From positions 13,144,001 to 13,208,000 of the forward strand of contig OZ024757.1 of the NCBI GenBank assembly GCA_964016885.1: a DNA stretch of 64,000 nt. The letters are read 5' to 3'. Source of the stretch: Eledone cirrhosa. Lineage: Eukaryota. A program made the position numbers and the translations under genes. Below are positions 42,913 through 55,800 of the stretch, piece after piece (position 1 is the stretch's first letter; the number at the start of each line of letters is the position of its first letter). A model generated the notes under the pieces. The model had not been told where the DNA came from and ran no database searches. It saw only the letters and a program-made list of their open reading frames with translations.

Positions 42913-45900
42913 CCCAACCCCAAGCCTTAGACATAGACTTACACCCCAACCACAAGCCTTACACTTAGATTTAAACCCCAACGCCAAGCCTTAGACTTAG
43001 GTTTAAACCCCAACCCCAAGCCTCAGACTTAGACTTAAATCCGAACCCGAAGCCTTAGAATTAGACTTAAACCCGAAACCCAAGCCTGAGACTTAGAGTT
43101 AAACACAAATCCCAAGCCTTAAACTTAGACTTAAACCCGAACCTCAAGCCTTAGACTTCAACACCAAACCCAAGCCTTAGACTTAGACATAAACGCCACC
43201 CCAAAGGCTTAGACTTAGATTTAAACCTCAACCCTTAGCCTTAGACTTAGACTTAAACCCCAAATCCAAGCCTTAGACTTAGACCCTAACCCCAAGCTTT
43301 AGACTTAGACGTAAACCCCAACTCCAAGCATTAGACTTACCCTTAAACCCCAACACCCATCCTTAGATTTAAATTCTAACCCTTAGATTTAAACCTAAAG
43401 CACAAGACTTAGACTTAGACTTAAACCCGAACCCCAAGCCTCAGACTTAGACGTAAGCCCGAAGCACAGGCCTTAAAATTAGACTTAAACCGCAAACGCA
43501 AGCCTTAGACTTAGACTTAAACCCGAACCCGAAGACTTAGACTTAAACCCTAAATCCAAGCCTTAGATTTACACTTACACCCTAAACCCAAGATTTCCAT
43601 TTAGACTTAAACCCTACACCAAGCCTTAGACTTAGACTTAAACCCCAAACCCAAGCCTTAGATTTAGACTTAAACCCAAACCTTAAGCCTCAGACTTTGA
43701 CTTAAACCCCAACCCCAAGCTTTAGAATTATTCGTAATCCCCAACTACAAGCCTTACAATTAAACCATAAATACAAGTCTTAGACTTAAACCCAAACGCC
43801 AAGCCTTAGACTTAGACTTAAACCACAACCCCTAGCCTTAGACGTAAAGTTAAACCCCAACCCCTAAACTTAGACTTAAACCCTAACCCCAAACCTTAGA
43901 CTTAAACCCTAACACCAAGCCTTAGATTTAGACTTAGACCCCAACTATAAGCCTTAGACTTAGACTTAAACGCCAACCCCAAACCTTAGACATAGACTTG
44001 AACCCCAACTCCTAGCCTCAGACTTAAACTTAAACCCCAATCCCAAGCCTTAGTCTTAGACTTAAACCCCAACCCAAAGCCTTAGACATAGACTTAAACA
44101 CCAACCCCAAGATGCAGCCTTATACTTAAACACCAACCCTTAGACTTAGACTAAACCGCAACCCCTAGACTTAGACATAAACTTAAACTTAGACTTAGAC
44201 ATAAACCCCAACCTCAAGCCTTAGGAGTAGACTTAAATCCCCAACCAAAGCTTACATTTAATCCCCAACCCCAAGCCTTAGATATATACTTGAACACCAA
44301 CCCCAAGCGTTAGACTTAGACTTAAACCCCAACTCCAAGCCTTAGAATTAAACCCTAACCCCAATCCTTAGACTTAAATCCTAAACCAACCCTTAGACTT
44401 AGACTTAAACCACAAACCGAAGCCTTAGACTTAGACTTAAACCCGAACCCCAAGCCTTAGACTTAAACCCCAACCACAAGACTTCGACTTAGACTTAAAC
44501 CCGAACCCCAAAACTTAGACTTAGACTTAAACTCCAACCCCTTTTCTTAGTCTTAGACAGAAACCCCTACTCCAAGCCTTAGAATTAAACCAGAACCACA
44601 AGCCGTAGACTTAAACACAACACCAAACTTAGACTTAAAAGACAACCCCAAGCCTTAGACTTATACTTGAACCCCACCCACTAGCATTAGACTTAGACTT
44701 GAAACAAAACTCCAAGACTTAGAATTAAACCATAACCACAAGCCGTAGTCTTAAACCCAAGACCAAGCCTTAGACTTGAAACCCAACCCCAAGCCTTAGA
44801 CTTAGACTTAAACCCCAACCCCAAGCCTCAGACTTAGACTTAAATCCCAACCCCAAGTTTAGACTTATATGTAAACCCCAACTCCAAGGCTTAGAATTAA
44901 ATCCTAACCACAACACATAGACTTAAACCCGAACCCCAACATTCGCCTTAGACTTAAACTTATACCCAAGCCCAAGCCTTAGACTTAGACTTAAACCCTA
45001 ACGCCAAGCATTAGATTTATACTCACACCCTAACCCCAAGCCTTAGACATAGACTTAAACCGTAACCCATGCCTTAGACTTAGCCTTAAACCCCAACTCC
45101 CATCCTTAGATTTAAATCCTAACCCGTAGATTTAAACCCCAACCACAAGAATTAGACTTAGAGTTAAACCCCAACCCCAAGCCACAGACTTAGACTTAAA
45201 CCCGAACCCAAGCCTTAGAATTAGACTTAAACCCCAAACCCAAGCCTTAGACCTAGACTTAAACACAAAACCAAAGACTTAGGTTTAGACTTTAACCCCC
45301 ACTCCAAGCCTTAGACTTAGATTTAAACCCCAATCCCAAGCCTAAGACTTAAACTTAAACCCTAACTCCTAGCCTTAGACTTAAACTTAAATCCCAACCC
45401 CAAGCATTAGACTTAGACAAAAACGCCAACCCAAAGGCTTAGACTTAGATTTAAACCCCAACCCCAGCCTTAGATTTAGACTTAAACCCCAAACCCAAGC
45501 CTTAGACTTAGACTTAAACCCAAACCTTAAGCCTCAGACTTAGACTTAAACCCCAAGACATAGACACAGATTTAAACCCCAACATCAAGCCCTAGTCTAA
45601 GTCTTAAACCCCAACACCAAGCTTTAGAATTAGACGTAATCCCCAACTACAAGCCTTAGAATTAAACCATAAACACAAGCCTTAGACTTAAACCAAAACG
45701 CCACGCCTTACACTTAGACTTAAACCACAACGACTAAACATATACTTAGACTTAAACCCCAACCCAAAGCCTTAGACTTAGACTTAAACCCCTAACCCTT
45801 AGACCCCAAGCCTTAGCCCAACCCGTAAACTTAAACCCCAACCCAAAGCCTTAGATTTAGACTTAAACCCCAACAGACTTAACTTAGACGTAGATTTAAA

Positions 45901-47240
45901 CGCCAACCCCATGACTTAGACTTAGATTTACACCTCAACACCTGGACTTACACTTAGACTTAAACTACAACCCAAAAACTTGGACATAGATTTAAACCTC
46001 AACCCCAAGAATCCTCTACCCAAATCCTTAGAATTAGACTTAAACCCAAAACCGAAGCTTTAGACTTATACTTAAACCTCAACCCCAAGCCTTACACTTA
46101 GATTTAAACCCAACCCCAAGCCTTAGACTTAGGCTTAAACCCCAAACCTAAGCCTTAGACTTCCACTTAAAACCCAACCCCATGCCTTAGATTTAGACTT
46201 ACACCACAACCCTTACCTTAGAAGTAAAATTAAACCCCAACACGAAGACTTAGACTTAGATTTAAACCCCAAACACAAGCCTTAGACGTAGACACTAACC
46301 CCAAAACAAAGCCTTAGACTTAGAATTAAACCCCAACCCCAAGCCTTAGATATAGACTTAAACCTCGATCCCCAAGTCTTTAACTTAGATTTAAATACCA
46401 ACCCCAGTCCTTAGACTTAGACATAAACCCCAACACCAAACATTAGATTTAGTCTTAAACCCCAAACCCAAGCCTTATACTTAGACTTAAACCCAATCCT
46501 TAAGCCTCAGACTTAGACTTAAACCCCAAGACATAGACATAGATTTAAACCCCAACATCAAGACCTAGTCTAAGACTTAAACCCCAACACCAAGCTTTCG
46601 AATTAGGCGTAATCCGCAACTACAAGCCTTAGAATTAAACCATAAACACAAGCCTTAGACTTAAACCCAAACGCCAAGCCTTAGACATACACTTAAACCA
46701 CAACCCCTAAGCTTTAGACGTAAACTTAAAACCCAACCCCTAAACTTAGACTTAGACTTAAACCCTAACCCCAAGCCTTAGACTTAGACTTACACCCCAA
46801 ATATAAGCCTTAGACTTAGACTTAAACCCCAACCCCAAGCCTTAGACTTAGACTTGAACCCCAACTCCTTACCTTAGACTTAAATTAAACCCCAATCTCA
46901 AGCCTTAGACTTAGACTTAAACCCTAATCCCAAGCTTTAGACTTAAAGCCTAACCCAACCCCAAGCCTTAGACTTAGACTTAAACCCCAATCCAAAGCCT
47001 TAGACTTTGACTTAAAACCCCAACCCTTAGACTTAGACTAAACCCCAACCTCTAGCCTTAGACGTAAACTTAAACCCCAACCCAAAGTTTACACTTAAAC
47101 CCCAACCACAAGCCTTAGACTTAGACTTGAACCCCACCCTCCAAGCCTTAGAATTAAACCATAACGACAAGCCGTAGACTTAAACCCAATACCAAGCTTT
47201 AGAGTTAGACTTAAACCCCAACCCCAAGCCTTAGACATAC

Positions 47241-47461
47241 ACTTAAACCCAAACCCCAAATCATAGACTCAGACTTAAACCTCAACCACTAGCATTAGAT
47301 TTAAACTTAAAAGCTAACCCCCAACCCCAAGCCTTAGCCCAACCCGTAAACTTAAACCCAAACCCCAAATCATAGACTCAGACTTAAACCTCAACCACTA
47401 GCATTAGATTTAAATTTAAAAGCTAACCCCAACCCCAAGCCTTAGCCCAACCCGTAAACTT
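47241..47461 (+). repeat. 109-bp tandem duplication
   Basis: TCATAGACTCAGAC...AAAAGCTAACCCC...GCCCAACCCGTAAAC occurs at 47261 and 47370, with one SNP and one C indel. Confidence 0.9.
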
Positions 47462-49789
47462 GAACCGCAACCCAAAGCCTTAGACTTAGACTTAAACCCC
47501 AACCCTAAGACTTAGACTTAGACTTAATCCCCAACCTTAAGCCGCATACATAGACTTAATCCACAACATTAAGTTTTAGACTTAGACTTAAACCCCAAGC
47601 CTTAGACATAGATTTAAGCCCCAACCACAAGCCTTAGATTTAGACTTAAACCCTAAGCCCAATACTTAGATTTAGACTTAAACCCCAAGACTTAGGCTTA
47701 GACTTAAACCCCAACACCAACCATTAGAGTTAGCCTGAAACCCCAACTCCAAGTCGTAGACTTAGACTTAATCCCCAACCCGAATCCTTAGACTTAGATT
47801 TAACCCCAAACATTAAGCTTTAGACTTAGACTTAAACCCCAAGGCTTAGACGTAGATTTAACCCCCAACCACAAGCCTTAGACTTAGAATTACACCCCAA
47901 GTCCAAGATTTAGAGTTAGACTTGAAGCCCAAGCGCAAGCGTGAGACTTAGACTTGAAACCCAACCACAAGCATAATACTTAGTCTTAAACGCTAACCGC
48001 AAGCCTTAGATTAGAATATAACCCCAACCACAAGCCTTAGACTTAGATTTGAAACCCCAATCCCAATCCTGAGACTTAGACTTACCCCAAACCCAAGACT
48101 TACACCTAGACATAAACCCCAACCCCAAGCCTTAGGCTTAGACTTAAACCCAAATCCAAGTCTTAGACTTACACTTACACCCTAACCCCAAGCTTTGGAT
48201 TTAGACTTAAACCCTACCCCAAGCCTTAGACTTAGACATAAACCCCAACCCGAAGCCTTAGATTTAGACTTAAACCCGTACCCCAAACCCCAACTTCAAG
48301 CCTTAGATTTAGACTTAAACCCCAACCCCAAACTTTAGATTTAGACTTAAATCCCAACCCCAAGCCTTAGACTTAGACTTAAACACGAAACCCAAGCCTT
48401 AGAGTTAGACTTAAACCCCAACCCTAATTCTTAATCTTAGACTTAAACCCCACCCACTAGCATTATACTTAAAGCCAAAACCAAACCTTAGACTTAAACC
48501 GTAACCCCAAGTCTTAGACTTAAACCCCAAACCATAGCCTTAGACATAGACCTAAATCCCAACACCAAGCCTTAGACTTAGACTTAAACCCAAACATTAA
48601 GCTTTAGACTTAGACTTAAACCCCAAGCCTTAGACGTAGATTTAAACCCCAACCACAAGTCTTAGAATTAAAATTACACCCAAGCCCAAGCCTTAGAATT
48701 AGACTTGAAGCTCAAGCGCAAGCGTTAGACCTAGACTTGAACCCCAACCACAAGAATACGACTTAGACTTAAACCCCAAACCCCAAACTTAGACTTAGAC
48801 ATAAACCCCAACCCCAAGCCTTAGACTTAAACTTAAACCTCAACACAAAGCCTTAGACTTAGACTTAAACCCCAACCACAAGACTTAGACTTAGACTTAA
48901 ACCCCAACCACAAGCGTTAGACTTAGACTTAAACCCCAACCACTAGCTTTAGACTTAGACTTGAAGCCCAACCCAAAGCCTCAGACTTAGACTTAAACCC
49001 CAACACCAAGCTTTAGAGTTAGACGTAATCCGCAACTACAAGCCTTAGAATTAAACCATAAACACAAGCCTTAGACTTAAACCCAAACGCCAAGTCTTAG
49101 ACATAGACTTAAACCACAACCCCTAGCCTTAGACGTAAACTTAAAACCCAAGCCCTAAACTTAGACTTAGACTTAAACCCTAACCCCAAGCCTTAGACTT
49201 AGACTTAAACCCCAACCCTAAGCCTTAGACTTAGACTTGAACCCCAACTCATTACCTTAGACTTAAATTAAACCCTAATCTCAAGCCTTAGACTTAGACT
49301 TAAACCCTTACCCCAATCTTTAGACTTAAAGCCTAACCCCAACCCAAGCCTTAGACTTAAATCCTAAACACCAACCTTTAGACTTAGATTGAAACCACAA
49401 ACCCAATTCTTAGACTTAGACAGAAACCCCAACCACAAGGCTTAGACTTAGACTTAAAGACCAACCCAAAGCCTCAGACTTAGACTTAAACCCCAACCCT
49501 AAGACTTACACTAAACCCCAACCCCTAGCCTTAGACGTAAACTTAAACTTAGACTTAGACTTAAACTCCAACCATAAGCCTTAGGCATAGAGTTAAACAC
49601 CAACACAAAGCTTACACCTAAATCCTAACCCCAAGCCTTTGACTTAAACTCTAACCTTAGACTTAGACTTAAACCCCAACCCCAAAGGTTAGACTTAGAT
49701 TTGAACGCCAACTCCTAGCCTTAGACTTAGACTTAAACCCCAACACCAAGCCTCAGACTTAGACATAAACCCCAACCCATAGACTTAGA

Positions 49790-52700
49790 CTTAAACCCTA
49801 ACCCCAAGCCTTAGATTAGACTATAACCCCAACCATATCCCTTAGACTTAGATTTGAAACCCCAATCCCAATCCTGAGACTTAGACTTAAACCTAACCCC
49901 AAGCCGTAGACCTAAAGCCTGACCCCAACCCAAATCTTTAGAGTTAGAATTAAACTCTAACCCAAAGCATTAGACCCTAACCCCAACCTCAGGCATTTGA
50001 CATAGACTTAGACCTAAACGCCATGCCTTAGACTTAGACATAAACCCCAACCACAAGCATTAGATTTAGCCTTAAACCCCAACACCGATCCTTAGATTTA
50101 AACCCCAACCTCAAGCCTTCGGCGTAGAGTTAAACCCCAACCCAAAGCTTACACTTAAACCTTAACCCCAAGCCTTAGACTTAAACTTAGACCCTAACCC
50201 CAAGACTTAGACTTAAATTCTAAACCAACCCTTAGACTTAGACTTAAATCACAAACCCAAGCCTTAGACTTAGACTTAAACCCCACCCACTAGCATTAGA
50301 CTTAGACTTAAGCCAAAACCAAGCCTTAGACATAACCCGTAACCCCAAGCCTTAGACTTAAACCCCAACCCCAAGCCTTAGACTTAGACTTAAACCCAAA
50401 ACCATAGCCTTAGACTTAGACCTAAATCCCAACACCAAGCATTAGACATAGACTTAAACCCCAAACCCAAGCCTTAGACTTAGACATAAACGGCCCCCAA
50501 AGACTTAGACTTAGACTTAAACCACAAATCTAAGCCTTAGACTTAAACCCTAACCCCAAGCCTTAGACTTAGACTTAAACCCAAAACCATAGCCTTACAC
50601 TTAGACCTAAATCCCAACACCAAGCATTAGACATAGACTTAAACCCCAAACCCAAGCCTTAGACTTAGACATAAACGGCCCCCAAAGACTTAGACTTAGA
50701 CTTAAACCACAAATCTAAGCCTTAGACTTAAACCCTAACCCCAAGCCTTAGACTTAAATCCTAACCACAACATTTAGACTTAAACCCGAACCCCAACCTT
50801 AGCCTTATACCTAGACCTATAAACCAAGCCCAAGTCTTAGACTTAGACTTAAACCCTAACCCATGCCTTAGACATTGACATAAACCCCAACCACAAGCAT
50901 TAGACTTAGCCTTAAACCCCAACACCCATCCTTAGTTTTAAATCCTAACCCTTAGATTTAAACCCCAACCACAAGACTTAGACTTAGACTTAAACCCGAA
51001 ACCCAAGCCTCAGACTTAGACATAAACCCGAACCCTAAGCCTTAGAATTAGACTTACACCACAAACCCAAGCCTTAGTCTAAGACTTAAAGCCGAATCCC
51101 AAGACTTAGCCTTAAAACTCAACACCCATCCTTAGACTTAAATCCTAACACCAACCTTTAGACGTAAAATTAAACCCCAACCACAAGCCTTAGACATAAA
51201 CGCCAACCGAAAGTCTTAGACTTAGATTTAAACCCCAACCCCCAGCCATAGAATTAGACTTAAACGCGTACCCTTAGACTTAGACTTAAACCCTAACCCT
51301 AAGCCTTAGATTAGACTATAACCCCAACCACAACTCTTAGACTTAGATTTGAAACCCAATCCGAATCCTGAGACATAGACTTAAACCCTAACCCCAAGCC
51401 TTAGATCTAAAGCCTGACCCCAACCCCAATCTTTAGAGTTAGAATTAAATTCCAACCCAAAGCATTAGACCCTAACCCCAACCCCAGGCATTTGACATAG
51501 ACTTAGACCCAAACCCCATGCCTTAGACTTAGACATAAACCCGAACAACAAGCATTAGATTTAGCCTTAAACCCCAACAACCATCCATAGATTTAAACCC
51601 CAACCACAAGACATAGACTTAGACTTAAACCACAACCCAAAGACTTAGACATAGACATAATCCCCAACACCAAGCCTTAGAGTTAGACTTAAGCCCCAAC
51701 ATCAAGTCTTAGACTTCGACTTAATCCCCAAACCGAAACCTTAGACTTGGACATAAACGCCAACACAAAGGCTTAGACTTAGACTTAAACCTCAACCCCT
51801 AAACTTAGACTTAGACTTAAAATCTAACCCCAATCCTTAGACTTAAACACTAACTCCAAGCCTTAGACTTAGACGTATACCCCAACGCAAAGCCTCAGGC
51901 TTAGACTTAAACCCCAACCCTTAGACTTAGACGCAAACTTAAACTTAGACTTAGACTTAAACCCCAACCTCAAGCCTTCGGCGTAGAGTTAAACCCCAAC
52001 CCAAAGCTTACACTTAAACCTTAACCCCAAGCCTTAGACTTAAACTTAAACCCTAACCCCAAGACTTAGATTTAAATTCTAAACCAACCCTTAGACTTAG
52101 ACTTAAACCACAAACCCAAGCCTTAGACTTAGACTTAAACCCCACCCACTAGCATTAGACTTAGACTTAAAGCCAAAACCAAGCCTTAGACTTAAGCCGT
52201 AACCCCAAGCCTTAGACTTAAACCCAAACCCCTTAGACTTAGATTTAAACCCCAAAACCTAGCCTTAGACATAGACCTAAATCCCAACACCAAGCCTTAG
52301 ACATAGACTTAAACTCCAATCCCAAGCCTTAGACTTAGACTTAAAACCCAAACCCAAGCATTAGACTTAAATCCTAACCACAACACTTAGACTTAAACCC
52401 GAACCCCAACCTTAGCCTTAGACTTAGAACTATACACCAAGCCCAAGCCTTAGAGTTAGACTGAAACCCTAACCCATGCCTTAGACATTGACATAAACCC
52501 CAACCACAAGCATTAGACTTAGCCTTAAACCCCAACACCCATCCTTAGATTTAAATCCTAACCCTTAGATGTAAACCCCAACTTAGTATTAGACTTAAAC
52601 CCGAACCCCAAGCCTCAGACTTAGACATAAACCCGAACCCCAAGCCTTAGAATTAGAGTTACACCACAAACCCAAGCCTTAGACTTAGACTTAAAGCCGA

Positions 52701-52870
52701 ATCCCAAGACTTAGCCTTAAATCTCAACACCCATCCTTAGACTTAAATCCTAACACCAACCTTTAGACGTAAAATTAAACCCCAACCACAAGCCTCAGAC
52801 TTAGACATAAACGCCAACCGAAAGTCTTAGACTTAGATTTAAACCCCAACCCCAGCCTTAGACTTAGACT
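49790..52870 (+). repeat. Diverged tandem duplication of ~1.5-1.6 kb
   Basis: Markers occur twice in the same order: GATTAGACTATAACC (~49815/~51310), GGCATTTGACATAG (~49990/~51485), CCTTCGGCGTAGAG (~50115/~51975), AAAGCCGAATCCC (~51090/~52695). Boundaries are approximate. Confidence 0.8.
50367..50756 (+). repeat. 185-bp tandem duplication nested in the 49.8-52.9 kb duplicate
   Basis: CGGCCCCCAAAGAC occurs at 50491 and 50676 with matching flanks. Confidence 0.9.
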
Positions 52871-55800
52871 TCAACCCCAAATCCAAGCCTTAGATTTACA
52901 CTTACACCCTAACAGCAAGCTTTCGATTCAGACTTAAACCCTACCCCAAGCCTTAGACTTAGACATAAACCCCAAACCCAAGCCTTAGATTTAGACTTAA
53001 ACACCAAACCCAAGCCTTAGAATTAGACTTAAACGCCTACCCCAAACCCAAACCTCAGGCCTTAGACTTAGACTTAAACCCAAATCTTAAGCCTCAGAGT
53101 TAGTCTTAAACTCCAAGACATTAACATAGATTTAAACCGCAACTTCAAGCCTTGGATTAAGACTTAAACTCCAACCTCAAACTTTAGAATTAGACGTAAT
53201 CCCCAACTACAAGCCTTAGAATTACACCATAAACACAAGCCTTACACTTAAACCCTAACCCCAAGCCTTAGTCGTAGACTTAAACACCAACTATAAGCCT
53301 TAGACTTAGACTTAAACCCCAACCACAAGCCTTAGACTGAGACTTGAACCCCAACTCCTAGCCTTAGACTTAAACTTAAACCTCAATCCCAGGCCTTAGA
53401 CTTAGACTTAAAAAGAAACCCCAAGCCTTAGCCTTAGACTTAGACACCAACTCCAAGCCGCAGACTTAGACTTAAACCCCACACTTAGACTTCGACTAAA
53501 TCCCAACCCCTAGCCTTAGACGTAAACTTAAACTTAAATCCCAAACTCAAGCCTTACGCGTAGACTTAAACCCCAACGCAAAGCTTACACTTAAACCCCA
53601 ACCCCAAGCCTTAGACTTAGACTTTAACCACAACTCCAAGCCTTAGACTTAAACGCTAACCCCAAGCCTTAGACTTAAAATCTAACCTTAGACTTAGAAT
53701 TGAACCCCACCCACAAGCATTAGACTTAGACTTAAACCCCAACTCCAAGCCTTAGAATTAAACCATAACCTCAAGCCGTCGACTTAAACCCAACACCAAG
53801 CCTTAGAGTTAGACTTAAACTCCGACCCAACCCTTAGACATAGATTTAAACCCCAACCCTAAGCCTTAGACTTAGACTTAAACCCCAATCACAAGACTTA
53901 GACTTAGATTTAAACCGGAACCACACCTTTAGACTTAAACTCCAACCACAAGCCTTAGACTTAGACTTAAACTCCAACCCCAAGCCTTAGACTTAGACTT
54001 AAACCGGAACCTCAAGCCTTAGACTTAGACTTAAACCCCAACCCCAATTCTTACTCTTAGACTTAAACCCCACTCGCTAGCATGAGACTTAGACATAAAC
54101 CCCAACTCCAAGCCTTAGAATTAAACCATAACCACAAGCCGTAGACTTAAACCCAACACCAAGTCTTAGACATTTATTTAAACCCCAACCCTAAGCCTTA
54201 GACTTAAACCCCAACCTCTAGCCTTAGACATAGACTTAAACCCCAACCCCAAATCATAGATTTAGACTTAAACCTAAACCACTAGCATTAGACTTAGATT
54301 TAAAGCCAACACCAAGCCTTAGACTTAAACCGTATCCCAAAGCCTTAGACTTAAACCCAAACTCCAAGCCTTAGATATAGACTTAAACCCAAAACCATAG
54401 CCTGAGACATAGACTTCAACCCGAAATCCAAACCTTAGACATAAATTTAAACCCCAATCCCAAGCCTTAGACTTAGACTTGAACCCTAAATCCAACCCTT
54501 AGACTTAAAACCTAACCCCAAGCCTTAGACTTAAATCCTAACACCAACCCTTAGACTTAGACTTAAACCACAAACCCAAGACTTACACTTAGACTTAAAC
54601 CTTAACCCCAAGCCTTAGACCTAAACCACATCCTTAAACCTTAGACTTAGAAATAAACGCCAAACCAAAGTCTTAGACTTAGACTTAAACCCCAACCCTT
54701 AAAGTTAGACCTAACTCCAAGTCTTAGACTTAAACACTAACCCCAAGCCTTAGACTTAGATTTATATTCCAACCTCAAGCCTTAGGCGTAGACTTAAACT
54801 CCAATCCAAAGTTAACACTTAAAAACTAACCCCAAGCCTTAGACTTAAACTTAAACAGCAACACCAAGCTTTAGATTTGCAGGCTTTAGACTTAGACTTA
54901 AACCCCAACCACAAAGGTTAGACTTAGATTTGAACACCAACTCCTAGCCTTAGACTTAGACTTAAACCCGAACCTCAAGCCTTAGACTTAAACACCAAAC
55001 ACAAGCCTTAGACTTAGACATAAAAACCACGCCAAAGGCTTAGACTTAGATTTAAACCGCAACCCTTAGCCTTAGACTTAGACTTAAACCACAAATACAA
55101 GCCTTAGACTTAAACCCTAAACCCAAGCTTTAGACTTAAATCCTAACACCAACCCTTAGATTTAGACTTAAACCCCAACCCCTATACTTAGACGTAAATT
55201 TAAAGCCCAACTCCAAGACTTAGACTTACACTCCAACCCCAAGCCTCAGCCACTAGCATTAGACTTAGACTTAAAGCCAACACCAAGCCTTTAACTTTGA
55301 CTTAAACCCAAAACCATAGCCTTAGACATAGACCTAAATCCAACACCAAGCCTTAGACATAGACTTAAACCTCAACCGAAGCCTTAGACTTACATTTAAA
55401 TACCAACGCCAATCCTCAGACTTAGACATAAACCCGAACCCCAAGCATTAGAATTTGACTTAAACCCCAAACCCAAGTCTTAGACCTAGACGTAAACCCC
55501 AACCCAAGCCTTAGGCTTAGACTTAAACGCAAATTCCAAGCCTTAGACTTAAAATTAAATCCAAACCCCAAGGTTTAGACTTAGACTTAAACCCCAATTC
55601 CAAGCCTTAGAATTAAACCCTAACACGAGCCCTTAGACTTAGACTTAAACCACAAACCCAAGCCTTAGACTTAGACTTAAACCCGAACCCCAAGCCTTAG
55701 ACTTAAACCTCATCCCAAGCCTTAGACTTAGACATAAACGCCAACCCAAAGGCTTACACTTAGACTTAAACCCCAACCCTTAGAATTAGACTAAACCCCA

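Noticed and set aside
44108-54890. Odd strings GATGCAGCC (~44111) and TTTGCAGGCTTT (~54876) as foreign insertions
   Set aside because: Explicable as mutated or deleted forms of satellite variants AAGCCGCAGAC and CTGCAAGCTTTAG seen elsewhere in the window.
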